Source: Bdellovibrionota bacterium
GTDB lineage: Bacteria > Bdellovibrionota > UBA1018 > UBA923
NCBI GenBank assembly: GCA_040754655.1
Contig: JBFMCE010000007.1
Span: forward strand, 1 to 56,512
DNA: 56,512 nt
Direction of reading: 5' to 3'
Under the pieces are notes generated by a model that saw only the letters and a program-made list of their open reading frames with translations, was not told the origin of the DNA and made no database searches. Shown in pieces: positions 41,582-51,110 of the stretch. A program made the translations under genes and the position numbers. Every line of letters starts with the position of its first letter. The first letter of the stretch is position 1.

Positions 41582-41962
41582 TCAAGCCATTGCGACGGCT
41601 GTCTCTTCGGATTCATCCTGTCCCTGCGTCCGCTGCGACTGCGACCGAGGAGTGAGGAACTGAACTCGATGCGCGATCACCGTCACATGAGTCGCTTTCT
41701 TGTCGTCTCTATCGGTATAAGTTCGAACCTCTAGCGATCCTTCCACGAGGATCAAAGAACCCTTCCTTAAAAACTCGGTGCATGCCTCGGCTTGAGCGCC
41801 AAAGACAATCACCCGATGCCAATGGGTCGTGCGCTCTTGCCCTGAACGAAAAGAGTTTGTCGCCAATGAAATCTTCAGATAGGGCTTGTCTTGTGCTGAA
41901 CGTTTCAACTCAAGGTCGTTTCCTACTCTTCCCAATAAAAACACTCGATTAAAATCTGACAT
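41582..41962 (-). CDS. ssb: Single-stranded DNA-binding protein, short form
   Basis: NRVFLLGRVGND.EL, SLATN, THWHRVIVFG.QAE, KGSLILVEGSL; RBS AGGAGG. Confidence 0.92.
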   Translation of the reverse strand: MSDFNRVFLLGRVGNDLELKRSAQDKPYLKISLATNSFRSGQERTTHWHRVIVFGAQAEACTEFLRKGSLILVEGSLEVRTYTDRDDKKATHVTVIAHRVQFLTPRSQSQRTQGQDESEETAVAMA

Positions 41963-41990
41963 ACAAAATTAACCTCCTGACTTGCCTTTC

Positions 41991-42006
41991 AGCAAGTTGC
42001 AGGCCA
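41991..42006 (-). promoter_or_regulatory. Sigma54 -24/-12 promoter candidate for ssb
   Basis: Minus strand TGGCCTGCAACTTGCT = GG-N10-GC with TTGCT, 12 nt upstream of AGGAGG. Confidence 0.65.
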
Positions 42007-42016
42007 TGTTGTAAAC

Positions 42017-43354
42017 ATGCTCGAGAAATTTGGCGCGCGCTGCGAACGCTTTGTACGAAGCTACATGCCTGATCCTTTCGTGCTCGTGTTGCTGCTGACA
42101 CTTTTTACGTTCGGCCTTTCCGTCTGGGTCACTTCGGTGCAACCCAATGTTTTATTGAAATCGTGGAATACTGGTTTTTGGGAACTGCTCAGCTTTGCGA
42201 TGCAAATGGTTTTGATCGTAGTTACCGGTGAAGCCATTGCAGAAGCTCCTCTTGTTCAAAAAGCGTTGAAAAAATTAAGTTCCCTTCCAAAAAAGCCTGC
42301 AACGGCTGTTCTTGGGCTCGCTTTCTTCTCTATCGTCCTCGGATGGTTGCATTGGGGATTGGGATTGGTCATGGCAAGCCTTGCGGCAAGATCGCTAGGT
42401 CGAGCCTTAAATAACCGAAAAGCCTCGGTACACTATCCTATTCTGGGAACAGCCGCGTACATGAGTATGTTGCTCTGGCACGCCGGCACCACGGCCTCAG
42501 CCCCGCTCTTGATCAATACACCAGGACATTTTCTCTATAAGGAAATCGGGCTTATCCCGCTTTCTGAGACCATTTTCCTGCCAACAAACTTGATCGTATG
42601 CGCGGCTCTCGCCTTAACAGTCCCTTTCTTGATCGTGAAACTCATGCCTCGCCGCAACATCAGGACGATTGACCAATTCGATATCGAGGCGACCCACGAT
42701 GCGAGGTCTCGTAAGTCTGAGGAAAAAGCAAAAACTTTTGCTGAGAAACTTGAACGCAGCTACCTCACCAATATCGCCGTAGGGTGCATGGGAGTAGCGT
42801 TTTTCATCCACTATTTTAAGCAAGAAGGCCTGAACCTTAACCACAACATCGTCAACCTTCTCTTTCTTACAATAGGGGTTCTCTTGCACCGCAACCCCCT
42901 TGAATATGCGCGCGCCATAAGCCAGTCAGTTCGAGGCACCTCAGGGATCATCTTACAATTTCCTTTCTACGGCGGAATCATGGGAATGATGCGGGATTCA
43001 GGACTTGGACACGAGATCGCTCATTTGTTTGTGCAATTTGCAGACGGAAAGACTCTGCCATTCTTTGCCTATCTCGCGAGTGTCGTTACAAAAGTCTTCG
43101 TCCCCTCGGGCGGTGGCGAATGGGCCATTGAAGGACCCATCATGCTTCAAGCAGCAAAACAGCTTGGCGCTCCAGTTGGATTGACCACGATGGGCATTGC
43201 CTACGGCAATATGGTCGGGAATATGTTTCAACCTTTCTGGGCGATCCCACTCTTGAGCATCATGGGACTTAAGGCGCGAGACATCATGGGTTATTGTCTG
43301 GCAGTATTCTTCTTTGCATTCCCTCTACTTGCCATTGCGCTCATGGTTACCTAG
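42017..43354 (+). CDS. atoE: Short-chain fatty acid transporter
   Basis: MPDPFV, GFWELLSFAMQMVLIVVTG, QFPFYGGIMG, FVPSGGGEWAIEGP, QPFWAIPLL..GLKARDIMGY. Confidence 0.92.
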   Translation: MLEKFGARCERFVRSYMPDPFVLVLLLTLFTFGLSVWVTSVQPNVLLKSWNTGFWELLSFAMQMVLIVVTGEAIAEAPLVQKALKKLSSLPKKPATAVLGLAFFSIVLGWLHWGLGLVMASLAARSLGRALNNRKASVHYPILGTAAYMSMLLWHAGTTASAPLLINTPGHFLYKEIGLIPLSETIFLPTNLIVCAALALTVPFLIVKLMPRRNIRTIDQFDIEATHDARSRKSEEKAKTFAEKLERSYLTNIAVGCMGVAFFIHYFKQEGLNLNHNIVNLLFLTIGVLLHRNPLEYARAISQSVRGTSGIILQFPFYGGIMGMMRDSGLGHEIAHLFVQFADGKTLPFFAYLASVVTKVFVPSGGGEWAIEGPIMLQAAKQLGAPVGLTTMGIAYGNMVGNMFQPFWAIPLLSIMGLKARDIMGYCLAVFFFAFPLLAIALMVT

Positions 43355-43424
43355 TGCTACTTTCTTCAAAACCCAACATCGGGCAATATATATAAAAGAT
43401 CACTACGAGGAGGGATATCGAACC

Positions 43425-43931
43425 ATGAAAACAGCAACCTTCCGTTTGCTACCAATTTTGACGACCATCGTACTTGCGATCGCATTTGGTGGCTGCCAAA
43501 AGAAGAAAGCTCAAGACACGCCTGCCGAAGGAAGTGCCCCAGTCACCGAGACGGATATCGATGGTGGCATGGCTGACAGCGATTCCGGCAAGGCTATGGG
43601 CTTGCAAACCATTCATTATGGGTATGATTCTTCTATTTTAGACTCGAGTGCAAAGGCCGCTCTTAAGGCCAATGCTCAGATTTTAAAGGACAAGTCGAAC
43701 CTCAAAGTTCAAATTGAAGGACATACTGACGATCGCGGCGGAATCCAGTACAATCTTGCTCTAGGAGAGCGTCGCGCAAATGCGGCTCGCATCTACCTTG
43801 TGGATCTTGGTGTAGATGGAACAAGGATTGAAACGATTTCTTACGGAGAAGAAAAGCCCATCCAACCTGGGCACGATGAAAGCGCATGGTCAAAAAACCG
43901 TCGGGCAAATTTCCGTATCACTCAGCAGTGA
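43425..43931 (+). CDS. pal: Peptidoglycan-associated lipoprotein
   Basis: RBS GAGGAGG; lipobox FGGC; IEGHTDDRG..QYNLALGERRA, ISYGEEKP, AWSKNRR. Confidence 0.93.
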   Translation: MKTATFRLLPILTTIVLAIAFGGCQKKKAQDTPAEGSAPVTETDIDGGMADSDSGKAMGLQTIHYGYDSSILDSSAKAALKANAQILKDKSNLKVQIEGHTDDRGGIQYNLALGERRANAARIYLVDLGVDGTRIETISYGEEKPIQPGHDESAWSKNRRANFRITQQ

Positions 43932-44851
43932 GTGGTGTTTCTAAACTAATCCTCATTCTTTTTTGTATGGGGGGAGTAGGCTGTTCTTTAACCGCCACTC
44001 GCCCCATACAAGAAATGTCTAACGCCGAAATCGCGATTCGTGCCGCAAAAGATGTGAATGCAGATTCTTTGGTACCCGAACTATACCGAAGCGCGGCAGA
44101 TTATTACTTTAAAGCCAAGCGAGAATATCGTCTCAAAAACTTTGAACAATCCAAAAAATATGCGGTGCGTGCCACAAGGTTGGCTGAACAAGCAGAGTTC
44201 GAAGCTTACCGCAATGGAGGCGCCACCCCCGAGGTTGCATCAAAATTGGTGGCCCCCGAAGGTGCGAGCCTAGATTCAGAGAGTTCACTCAACGACGGAA
44301 CAACTCACACGCCCTCCTCTGACCTGTCACAATTGCCAGACTCCTCCACGTCAGAACCCTCTCTCCCTCCGGAAGAAGAAAAGGGCACGGATTACAATCT
44401 TTACTTGAGGCAGCAAGAAGCGGAGGCGGCTGAACGAGAGCGAAAGGCCAAAGAAAAAGAAGAAAAGAAAACTGAGCCCGCCGGCCCCACGGGTCCTCCT
44501 GAAATCAATTCAAGAGACCTTCCGCCAGGAAGTCGTGACTTGCCCCAGGGTTCGACGGCAAATCCGCCGCAATCGGGCGCGTTGCCTCCCGCAAACTTGG
44601 GCAGCACCCCGGGTGATCTGAATCAACCTAACTTGCCTGTCCCGACACCGCAGGCGCCACGCAATATTTATATCGATAATTCTGCGCCCTCTCGAGGCCA
44701 AAGCTTTGAGCCTCTTGAAAACAAACCTCTTCGCGTATTAGGACAAGATGAAAACGGTGAGTACAAACCACTCACCGTTTTAGGCGAAGATCCATATGCG
44801 GATCCTCAAAAGCGCGACCAAGACCAGATGAAGGAGACAAACCGTGAATAA
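43928..44851 (+). CDS. DUF4398-like lipoprotein with long Pro/Ser/Glu-rich tail
   Basis: GTG overlapping the pal stop (GTGA); lipobox GVGC; PIQEMSNAEIAIRAAK…AEQAE helical domain. Confidence 0.7.
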   Translation: MSGVSKLILILFCMGGVGCSLTATRPIQEMSNAEIAIRAAKDVNADSLVPELYRSAADYYFKAKREYRLKNFEQSKKYAVRATRLAEQAEFEAYRNGGATPEVASKLVAPEGASLDSESSLNDGTTHTPSSDLSQLPDSSTSEPSLPPEEEKGTDYNLYLRQQEAEAAERERKAKEKEEKKTEPAGPTGPPEINSRDLPPGSRDLPQGSTANPPQSGALPPANLGSTPGDLNQPNLPVPTPQAPRNIYIDNSAPSRGQSFEPLENKPLRVLGQDENGEYKPLTVLGEDPYADPQKRDQDQMKETNRE

Positions 44852-45581
44852 AAACCGCATCTTCACTTCATTTTTCATAGTGGCTTTCGCCCTCGCCATG
44901 AACGGCTGCCTAAAGACTCGAAGCCAGATTCGAGGCAATGATCAGGCCGAAGGACAAGCCGCCGAAGATGGCTCGACACCTGGTGGAGGATCTCGATACG
45001 AGTTTGAAGAAGTCAAAAACGAACTCACTCGCATTTCAGGAAAAGTAGAGAACCTCGAGCACGCTCAAAGACAGCAAAACGCGGGGGAGCTCAAAGAGTA
45101 TGTGACCCGAATCGATGAAAGAGTTTCACAGCTTGAGAGCAACCAGGTTTTGATCATGACCGAGTTGAAAGCGCTGAAAGAAAAAGAAACCGCAGCCCAA
45201 GCCACAAGCTCTCACTCGGTGAGCGACCTCTTGGCGGAAGGCCATCGCCTGCTTGCTCAGAGAGACTTCGAAGGCGCCAACGAAAAGTTTCAAGCTGCGA
45301 TCAATAAAGGCGCTAAAGGAAAAGACCTTGCTGAAGCGCAGTTCGGGCTCGGCGAAGTCGAATACGGGCAAAAACAATACAAACGCGCCATCGTGAATTA
45401 TTCCAAGGTTCAAGAGACTTCTTCTAAATCTCCAAGAGTGCCTGCAAGCCTTTACAAGATGGGAATGAGTTTTCACCATCTTGAAATGGCCAAAGAGGCA
45501 AAAGGATTTTTCAAGGAACTCATCGAAAGGTTCCCAAGATCAGCCGAAGCGAAAAAGGCAAAAGCTAGGGTAAAGGAATAA
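44844..45581 (+). CDS. cpoB: CpoB/YbgF-like coiled-coil + TPR lipoprotein
   Basis: Lipobox MNGC, coiled coil, TPRs AQFGLGEVEY…VPASLYKMG…LIERFPRSAEA; downstream of pal. Confidence 0.8.
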   Translation: MNKNRIFTSFFIVAFALAMNGCLKTRSQIRGNDQAEGQAAEDGSTPGGGSRYEFEEVKNELTRISGKVENLEHAQRQQNAGELKEYVTRIDERVSQLESNQVLIMTELKALKEKETAAQATSSHSVSDLLAEGHRLLAQRDFEGANEKFQAAINKGAKGKDLAEAQFGLGEVEYGQKQYKRAIVNYSKVQETSSKSPRVPASLYKMGMSFHHLEMAKEAKGFFKELIERFPRSAEAKKAKARVKE

Positions 45582-47077
45582 TGAGATTTCTTGCACGGAC
45601 GATCGTGAGTGCAAGCATTCTTCTCTCGCTGGCGCCGATCGGGTGCGTTTCAAAGTCAAATATCGATTCCTCGGCCCCTTCTTCTCAGGCGGAAGCTTTG
45701 CCAGACCTGATTCCCGGGGTGAGCATTATTTATTCGGCGAACCTCGACGGCGAAATTGAGCCCTGCGGTTGTCGAGACAATCCTACCGGGGGAATTCATC
45801 GTCGCTGGAACCTGATTGAACAAAAAGCCTCGAAGGATAAACTTCACATCGACAGCGGTGATCTCTTTTACAAGTCCACGCCCGTTCCGACCTTCCTGAA
45901 AAGCCAATGGAACTATCAAGCTGAAGTTTTGGTGCGAGCTTACAACGAGATGAAAGTCGACGCGATGGCCCCTGGCGAGCTCGATTTCGCGGCTGGACTT
46001 GCCCAATTTGAAGAGCTTAAGAAAAAAGCGAAGTTCAAGATCGTGAGCTCTAATCTCTTTCGCACCGGCACGCAGACTTCTTTCCTTGAGCCCTATGTGA
46101 TCGTTACGAAGAAAGGAAAGAAGATCGGGCTTTTCGGTCTTTATGATGAGACTTTGCCGCTTCCTCAGGGACTCGAAGCGACAGATCACCTCGAAGCTGC
46201 GAAAAATTCCGTGCACGAGCTTCGGAGCAAGGTCGATGTTTTGATCGCACTCACCCATTTGGGCCACGACAAGGACCTGCAACTTGCCAAACAGTTTCCT
46301 GAAATTGACGCCATCTTCGGCGGCCACTCCAGAAATCTCTTGTTCACGCCAGCCAGGGTCGAAAAAACGATGATTCTCCAACCCAGCTTTCGAGGCCAGC
46401 ACATTGGCCTCTATCAAAACGCCAAGAATACGCTTTATCAAATGGATGCGCGGTTCGATTCCCGGGCAGACGACCAAAATCCGATTGACCTCCTCTTGGC
46501 AGAAGCGAAAAAGAAAATAGGCCAACTCAATCGCGAGACCGAAATGCTCTTGTTGTCGGAAGCGAACGTGAATGCGGCGAAGAAAATCCAAAACTTCCAA
46601 ACCTTCGTCAACTGCGCTCAGTGCCACGCGGTTCAGCAGAAGTTTCACGCGAAAACCCCGCATTTTCAGGCCTATGAAACCTTGATCAAGGCCAAACAAG
46701 AAGCAAACCTCGATTGCCTGCAGTGCCACACCGTGGGGATGCAAAAACCCGGAGGCTGGAAGCATGTCTCTAAGCTCGTAGTGAGCTCCTCGGGAAAAAC
46801 GGTGGATGCAGCTTCTTTTTCAAAGTCGGCGCCAAAGATGACTCCAGATTCAATGCGCAAGATCTCGAAGGCTTTCATCAATGTGCAATGCGAAAGCTGT
46901 CACGGCGCGGCCGGCGAACATCCGTTTTCTGGCGAGTATAACAAGAAGGTATCAACTGCGACCTGTTTGCAATGCCACACTCAAGAACGCGCTCCGGGCT
47001 GGTATAAAGATGGCAAGCCTCAACAGGCTTTGATCGAAGCCAAACTCAAGAACATGACTTGCCCCGCTGGGGATTAG
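45581..47077 (+). CDS. Lipoprotein: UshA/5'-nucleotidase-like domain fused to tetraheme cytochrome c
   Basis: Lipobox PIGC; GEIEPCGC..PTGG..RR, DSGD, PGELD, LTH, GGHS; four CxxCH (CAQCH, CLQCH, CESCH, CLQCH). Confidence 0.85.
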   Translation: MRFLARTIVSASILLSLAPIGCVSKSNIDSSAPSSQAEALPDLIPGVSIIYSANLDGEIEPCGCRDNPTGGIHRRWNLIEQKASKDKLHIDSGDLFYKSTPVPTFLKSQWNYQAEVLVRAYNEMKVDAMAPGELDFAAGLAQFEELKKKAKFKIVSSNLFRTGTQTSFLEPYVIVTKKGKKIGLFGLYDETLPLPQGLEATDHLEAAKNSVHELRSKVDVLIALTHLGHDKDLQLAKQFPEIDAIFGGHSRNLLFTPARVEKTMILQPSFRGQHIGLYQNAKNTLYQMDARFDSRADDQNPIDLLLAEAKKKIGQLNRETEMLLLSEANVNAAKKIQNFQTFVNCAQCHAVQQKFHAKTPHFQAYETLIKAKQEANLDCLQCHTVGMQKPGGWKHVSKLVVSSSGKTVDAASFSKSAPKMTPDSMRKISKAFINVQCESCHGAAGEHPFSGEYNKKVSTATCLQCHTQERAPGWYKDGKPQQALIEAKLKNMTCPAGD

Positions 47078-47133
47078 CCTGGCTCTACTTTGAACTACGA
47101 CGAGGCCTGGGGATATGATAAGCCGAAACTCCT

Positions 47134-48204
47134 ATGAAAATTCTTGCCATCGAGACTTCTTGCGATGAATGCTCCGCAGCCGTTGTTGAGCGCTCTGAGA
47201 AGTACGTCCGAGTACATTCCAGCGTGATTTTTTCCCAGATCGACCTTCATCGCCGTTTTGGCGGCGTAGTGCCCGAAATCGCCTCACGCAACCATCTCGA
47301 CATGCTGGCTCCCGTAATCGATGAAGCTCTTGAGAACGCAAAACTGAACTTTTCCGAATTGGGTGCAGTCGCCGTAACCCAAAAACCAGGCCTCATCGGA
47401 GCCCTGCTTGTGGGCGTGTCGGCGGCAAAGGCAATGGCTTATGCTTTAAAAATCCCTCTCCTCACCGTCGATCACCTCGAGGGGCATCTGCATTCGATTT
47501 TCATTGACGGTCAAAAGGGGTGCGACGCCATCAATAAAACTCACCTTCCGATCTTGGCCTGCCTGGTGAGCGGAGGTCACACCAACCTTTATCTTATCCG
47601 GCAGCTTCCTCCGGAAAGACTGCTTGCTGAAAAGATCTCTGAATCTCGGGACGACGCTGCGGGCGAGGCCTTCGACAAATGCGCAAAACTCTTGGGCCTT
47701 CCTTATCCTGGGGGGGTCCACCTCGATAAGACCGCTAAGACCGGAAACCGCAAGGCGTTTGATTTTCCGCGCCCGCTTCCGGGGCAAAATCTTGAATTCA
47801 GCTTTAGTGGCCTAAAAACAGCTGTATCGACCAAACTTAAGGCCCTGGGGTTTGAACCACACGTCTTTGGTGAAATCCGGCCCGCAAAACTTCCCCAAGG
47901 CCAACAGCTTGCAGACCTTTGCGCTTCGATTCAGGAAGCCATTGTTCAAACACTACTCAAGAAGATCGGGCTCGCCCTCACGAAGACGCAGGCGCGCTCG
48001 CTAGTCGTTGTCGGAGGGGTTTCCGCGAACTCGCGCTTTCGCGAACTTCTAGGAAAGGAAATAAAGGTGCCCGTATTTTTTCCGGAATCGCAGTATTGCA
48101 CCGACAATGCCGCGATGATCGGAGCATGCGCGACGTTCATGCACGAGCGCGGAGAATATCTGGTCGGACCATCACTTTTGTCAGCGAACGCGCATTCTTC
48201 TTGA
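47134..48204 (+). CDS. tsaD: tRNA threonylcarbamoyladenosine transferase TsaD
   Basis: IETSCDE, GGVVPEIASRNH, HLEGH, VSGGHT, DDAAGEAFDK, FSFSGLKT, GGVSAN, CTDNAAMI. Confidence 0.97.
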   Translation: MKILAIETSCDECSAAVVERSEKYVRVHSSVIFSQIDLHRRFGGVVPEIASRNHLDMLAPVIDEALENAKLNFSELGAVAVTQKPGLIGALLVGVSAAKAMAYALKIPLLTVDHLEGHLHSIFIDGQKGCDAINKTHLPILACLVSGGHTNLYLIRQLPPERLLAEKISESRDDAAGEAFDKCAKLLGLPYPGGVHLDKTAKTGNRKAFDFPRPLPGQNLEFSFSGLKTAVSTKLKALGFEPHVFGEIRPAKLPQGQQLADLCASIQEAIVQTLLKKIGLALTKTQARSLVVVGGVSANSRFRELLGKEIKVPVFFPESQYCTDNAAMIGACATFMHERGEYLVGPSLLSANAHSS

Positions 48205-48214
48205 AGAGGCAGAA

Positions 48215-49042
48215 ATGAGAACACGCCGACAGGCCTTGGGCCAACACTTCCTGCACCACCAACCCACTATTGGGAAAATCGCCTCACTTGTAGAAACAGA
48301 ACTCGCAAATGCATCGGCTAGGGGCCGCCAGGCCCGCACTTTGCTTGAGGTTGGCCCGGGGAAACTTGCGCTCACAAAGCCTCTTCTTTCGCTCAGCGAG
48401 AGCCACAACCTTGAACTTGTTCTCGTGGAACGCGACAAACTCTTGGAAGAAGGGATTCGCGATGGCGCGCCAAAAGCGCAAGTGCACTTTCTCGATGCCG
48501 CAAATGATGCTTTCTTGGAGCTGGTCGACACCCTCATCTCTCGTCAAAAGACGCCTCTGTTTTTTGCCTCGAACCTGCCTTACTCGGCCTCTTCTCAGAT
48601 TCTTGCGAACCTCTGTTACCGCTCGAATCATGTCGCGGGTTGCGTTGTCATGGTCCAAAAAGAATTGGCGCTTCGAATGGTGGCGGGCCCTGGTACGGGC
48701 GACCGTGGTTCGCTCAGCCTTCTCATCCAAAGTTATTTCGATGCGAAAATCGCTTTTGATGTCGGCCCCGGCGCCTTCTCGCCTCCGCCTAGAGTCATGA
48801 GCTCTGTGCTACGATTGATTCCCCATGCGAGACCTCTAATAGCAGATTTGAAATCAGCCCAAGGATTTGAACGTTTTTGCAAGCAACTCTTCAGTCAACG
48901 TCGGAAGATGATTCGAAAACTTATTCCTGCAGACAAACACGCGCTGCTCTTTCCAAAGCTTGACATCTCTGGTACGGAACGACCAGAAACCCTTGATCTT
49001 AAGACTTTAATAGAACTCTATCGAGGTGTTTCGGAGAATTGA
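48215..49042 (+). CDS. rsmA: 16S rRNA dimethyltransferase RsmA/KsgA
   Basis: LGQHFL, EVGPG.LALT, SNLPY, MVQKE.A.R, AFSPPPRVMS, FSQRRK, RPETL. Confidence 0.92.
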   Translation: MRTRRQALGQHFLHHQPTIGKIASLVETELANASARGRQARTLLEVGPGKLALTKPLLSLSESHNLELVLVERDKLLEEGIRDGAPKAQVHFLDAANDAFLELVDTLISRQKTPLFFASNLPYSASSQILANLCYRSNHVAGCVVMVQKELALRMVAGPGTGDRGSLSLLIQSYFDAKIAFDVGPGAFSPPPRVMSSVLRLIPHARPLIADLKSAQGFERFCKQLFSQRRKMIRKLIPADKHALLFPKLDISGTERPETLDLKTLIELYRGVSEN

Positions 49043-49051
49043 GGAGGGGAC

Positions 49052-50455
49052 TTGAAACCACAGTCTCTTGAGAAAGCCAAAACAGGTGGCTCCTGTCAAT
49101 GGCGGAGAGGGCAATGGGTTGCCCTGATTGCGGGCTTGTTCTTTACGAGCTTGAGTCTAAATGCATATGGATCCACGGGCGAGACCTATGGCTATGGTTC
49201 GCGCGCGAGCGCGCTGGGAAATACAATGCTCGGCGGCACTTCCGATGCGTTCGCGACATTCTACAATCCGGCGGCCAACAGCTCGCACCCTGGTTTGCAT
49301 ATCAGCCTAGGCACCTCGTTTGCTCACCCTGAATTTCTAGAAATCAAGAATGTGGTGATCGGAAACACAGCGACGCTCCCTCAGCAAAATCCTACGACAG
49401 GAGATGTTGATACCGAATCCTACCTCGATCATTTGAGCCAGGTCGTGGGCATCAGCTTTAATTTAGGTGAGAAACTCAAGAATCTCACTCTTGGCGCGCT
49501 GGCATCGATGCCGCTCGCACGAATCGCCTACCTTGATACCGGCGAACCTTTTAAACCGGAATATTTCAATTACAGATCGCGCACTCAAAGACCTCAAGTT
49601 TACGCAGCTATGAGTGTGAGCCCGCTTAAAACATTACATTTGGGTACAGGTGTCGCATTCGCGACCCATCTTTCCGCAAACGTTGACGCCGTTATTACAA
49701 GCGCAGATGGAAGCGTCAGCTACCAAAGATTCGCCTCGACCATCAAGCCCACGGCTTCGCCTTATTTTTCGATCTTCGCGGACCCGCAACCTTGGCAGGT
49801 TGGCATCACAGCGAGGCTTCCGAGCAAGAATGAGCTCAGCGTCGACACCAACGCGAGGGCGAGACTTTTGGGAAACACCAATGACCTGCCACTTCGGATG
49901 AATTCCTCGAGCGCGATTTTTTATGATCCGCTTGAAATTGACCTTGCCGTGGGATTTCAAGCCACGGAAGCCACCTGGATCACAGTCGAGGCCGACTGGT
50001 TCAACTACAAAGCTTTTGAGCAACCAACCCTTACCGTGACCGACCTCGGCAGCGTGACCCGGCTCAATGCCTCGGTATCTACTCTTCCTACGATGAGAAA
50101 TATTTTGGTCCCAAAGGCAGGACTGGAACAAAGCTTTGGAGCAGTGAAAGGTCGACTTGGCTATGCTTGGCGCCCCTCTCCGGTGGCGGACAATTCGGGA
50201 GCGGGCAACCTGGTTGATCCCGAGAAGCACATCTTTGGAGTTGGCTTTGGGTTTGATCTTCAAAAATTAGGCGTCACTGAAAAAGAGATTTTCTTGGACC
50301 TTCATGGCCAATACCATCATCTTGTAAAACAGCACATTACAAAGTCCCCTGGGAATGAAGCCGGCAATTCAAGTCAGCCGAAGGTGGGGTCGCCAGGCTA
50401 CGATATCGGTGGAGCAATTTACGGAGCTGGTTTTTCGCTTTCGACGAGATTTTAA
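49052..50455 (+). CDS. FadL/OmpP1-like outer-membrane channel
   Basis: Signal peptide; YGYGSRASALG, ATFYNPA; beta-rich body; RLGYAWRPSP; terminal F. Confidence 0.75.
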   Translation: MKPQSLEKAKTGGSCQWRRGQWVALIAGLFFTSLSLNAYGSTGETYGYGSRASALGNTMLGGTSDAFATFYNPAANSSHPGLHISLGTSFAHPEFLEIKNVVIGNTATLPQQNPTTGDVDTESYLDHLSQVVGISFNLGEKLKNLTLGALASMPLARIAYLDTGEPFKPEYFNYRSRTQRPQVYAAMSVSPLKTLHLGTGVAFATHLSANVDAVITSADGSVSYQRFASTIKPTASPYFSIFADPQPWQVGITARLPSKNELSVDTNARARLLGNTNDLPLRMNSSSAIFYDPLEIDLAVGFQATEATWITVEADWFNYKAFEQPTLTVTDLGSVTRLNASVSTLPTMRNILVPKAGLEQSFGAVKGRLGYAWRPSPVADNSGAGNLVDPEKHIFGVGFGFDLQKLGVTEKEIFLDLHGQYHHLVKQHITKSPGNEAGNSSQPKVGSPGYDIGGAIYGAGFSLSTRF

Positions 50456-50457
50456 CG

Positions 50458-51108
50458 ATGACACGAAAACCCCTCGCGCACTCATTGCGTGACAACATCA
50501 TCACAGGCGCCCTCGTACTGACTCCGATCGGGGCCGTGCTCTGGATCGTGGTTTGGCTTTGGGGATTTCTCATGAATCTCTCAGGTCTTTTGCCTCAGGC
50601 GCTTCATCCGAAGGAATTCCTGGATGTTTATGACCCGCTTGTGGTCAAGATGATCGATGTCCTCGTTACTCTCGTGTCTTCAATCGCGATATTAGGCTTT
50701 GTTTGGTTCATCGGGCTGATCTCAAGAAACTACATCGGCCAGCACCTCATCAGCATCATCAGCGGCTTTTTTTCGAAAGTCCCGGTCTTGAGCACCGTTT
50801 ATTCCACCCTAGAGCAGCTCTTAAAAACTTTTGGTTCAGGGCAGAGCAAGAACTTTCGCCGCGTGGTGCAGATCGAGTATCCTAGGAAAGGACTTTACAC
50901 CCTGGCTTTCGTCACAGGTGAGCGAGATGAACATCCCATCACCGGGAAGGAAGGCAAATACCTCACGATCTACGTGCCGACCACGCCCAACCCGACTTCT
51001 GGTTTTTACCTTTCAGTCTCTTCGGAAGAGGTGCATGATGTAGGTCTTTCCGTCGAACAAGCCTTAAAAGAGATCATCTCGATGGGCATCGTTCGAAAGG
51101 ACGACTGA
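50458..51108 (+). CDS. DUF502 membrane protein
   Basis: ITGALVLTP, VPVLSTVY, VQIEYPRKG, YVPTTPNPTSGF, IISMG. Confidence 0.9.
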   Translation: MTRKPLAHSLRDNIITGALVLTPIGAVLWIVVWLWGFLMNLSGLLPQALHPKEFLDVYDPLVVKMIDVLVTLVSSIAILGFVWFIGLISRNYIGQHLISIISGFFSKVPVLSTVYSTLEQLLKTFGSGQSKNFRRVVQIEYPRKGLYTLAFVTGERDEHPITGKEGKYLTIYVPTTPNPTSGFYLSVSSEEVHDVGLSVEQALKEIISMGIVRKDD

Positions 51109-51110
51109 AT

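Noticed and set aside
45656..46765. 369-aa antisense ORF (also 37322..38086, 53744..54415, 49634..50263 and many shorter ones)
   Set aside because: They lie opposite well-supported genes, lack motifs or RBS, and are explained by codon bias on the sense strand.
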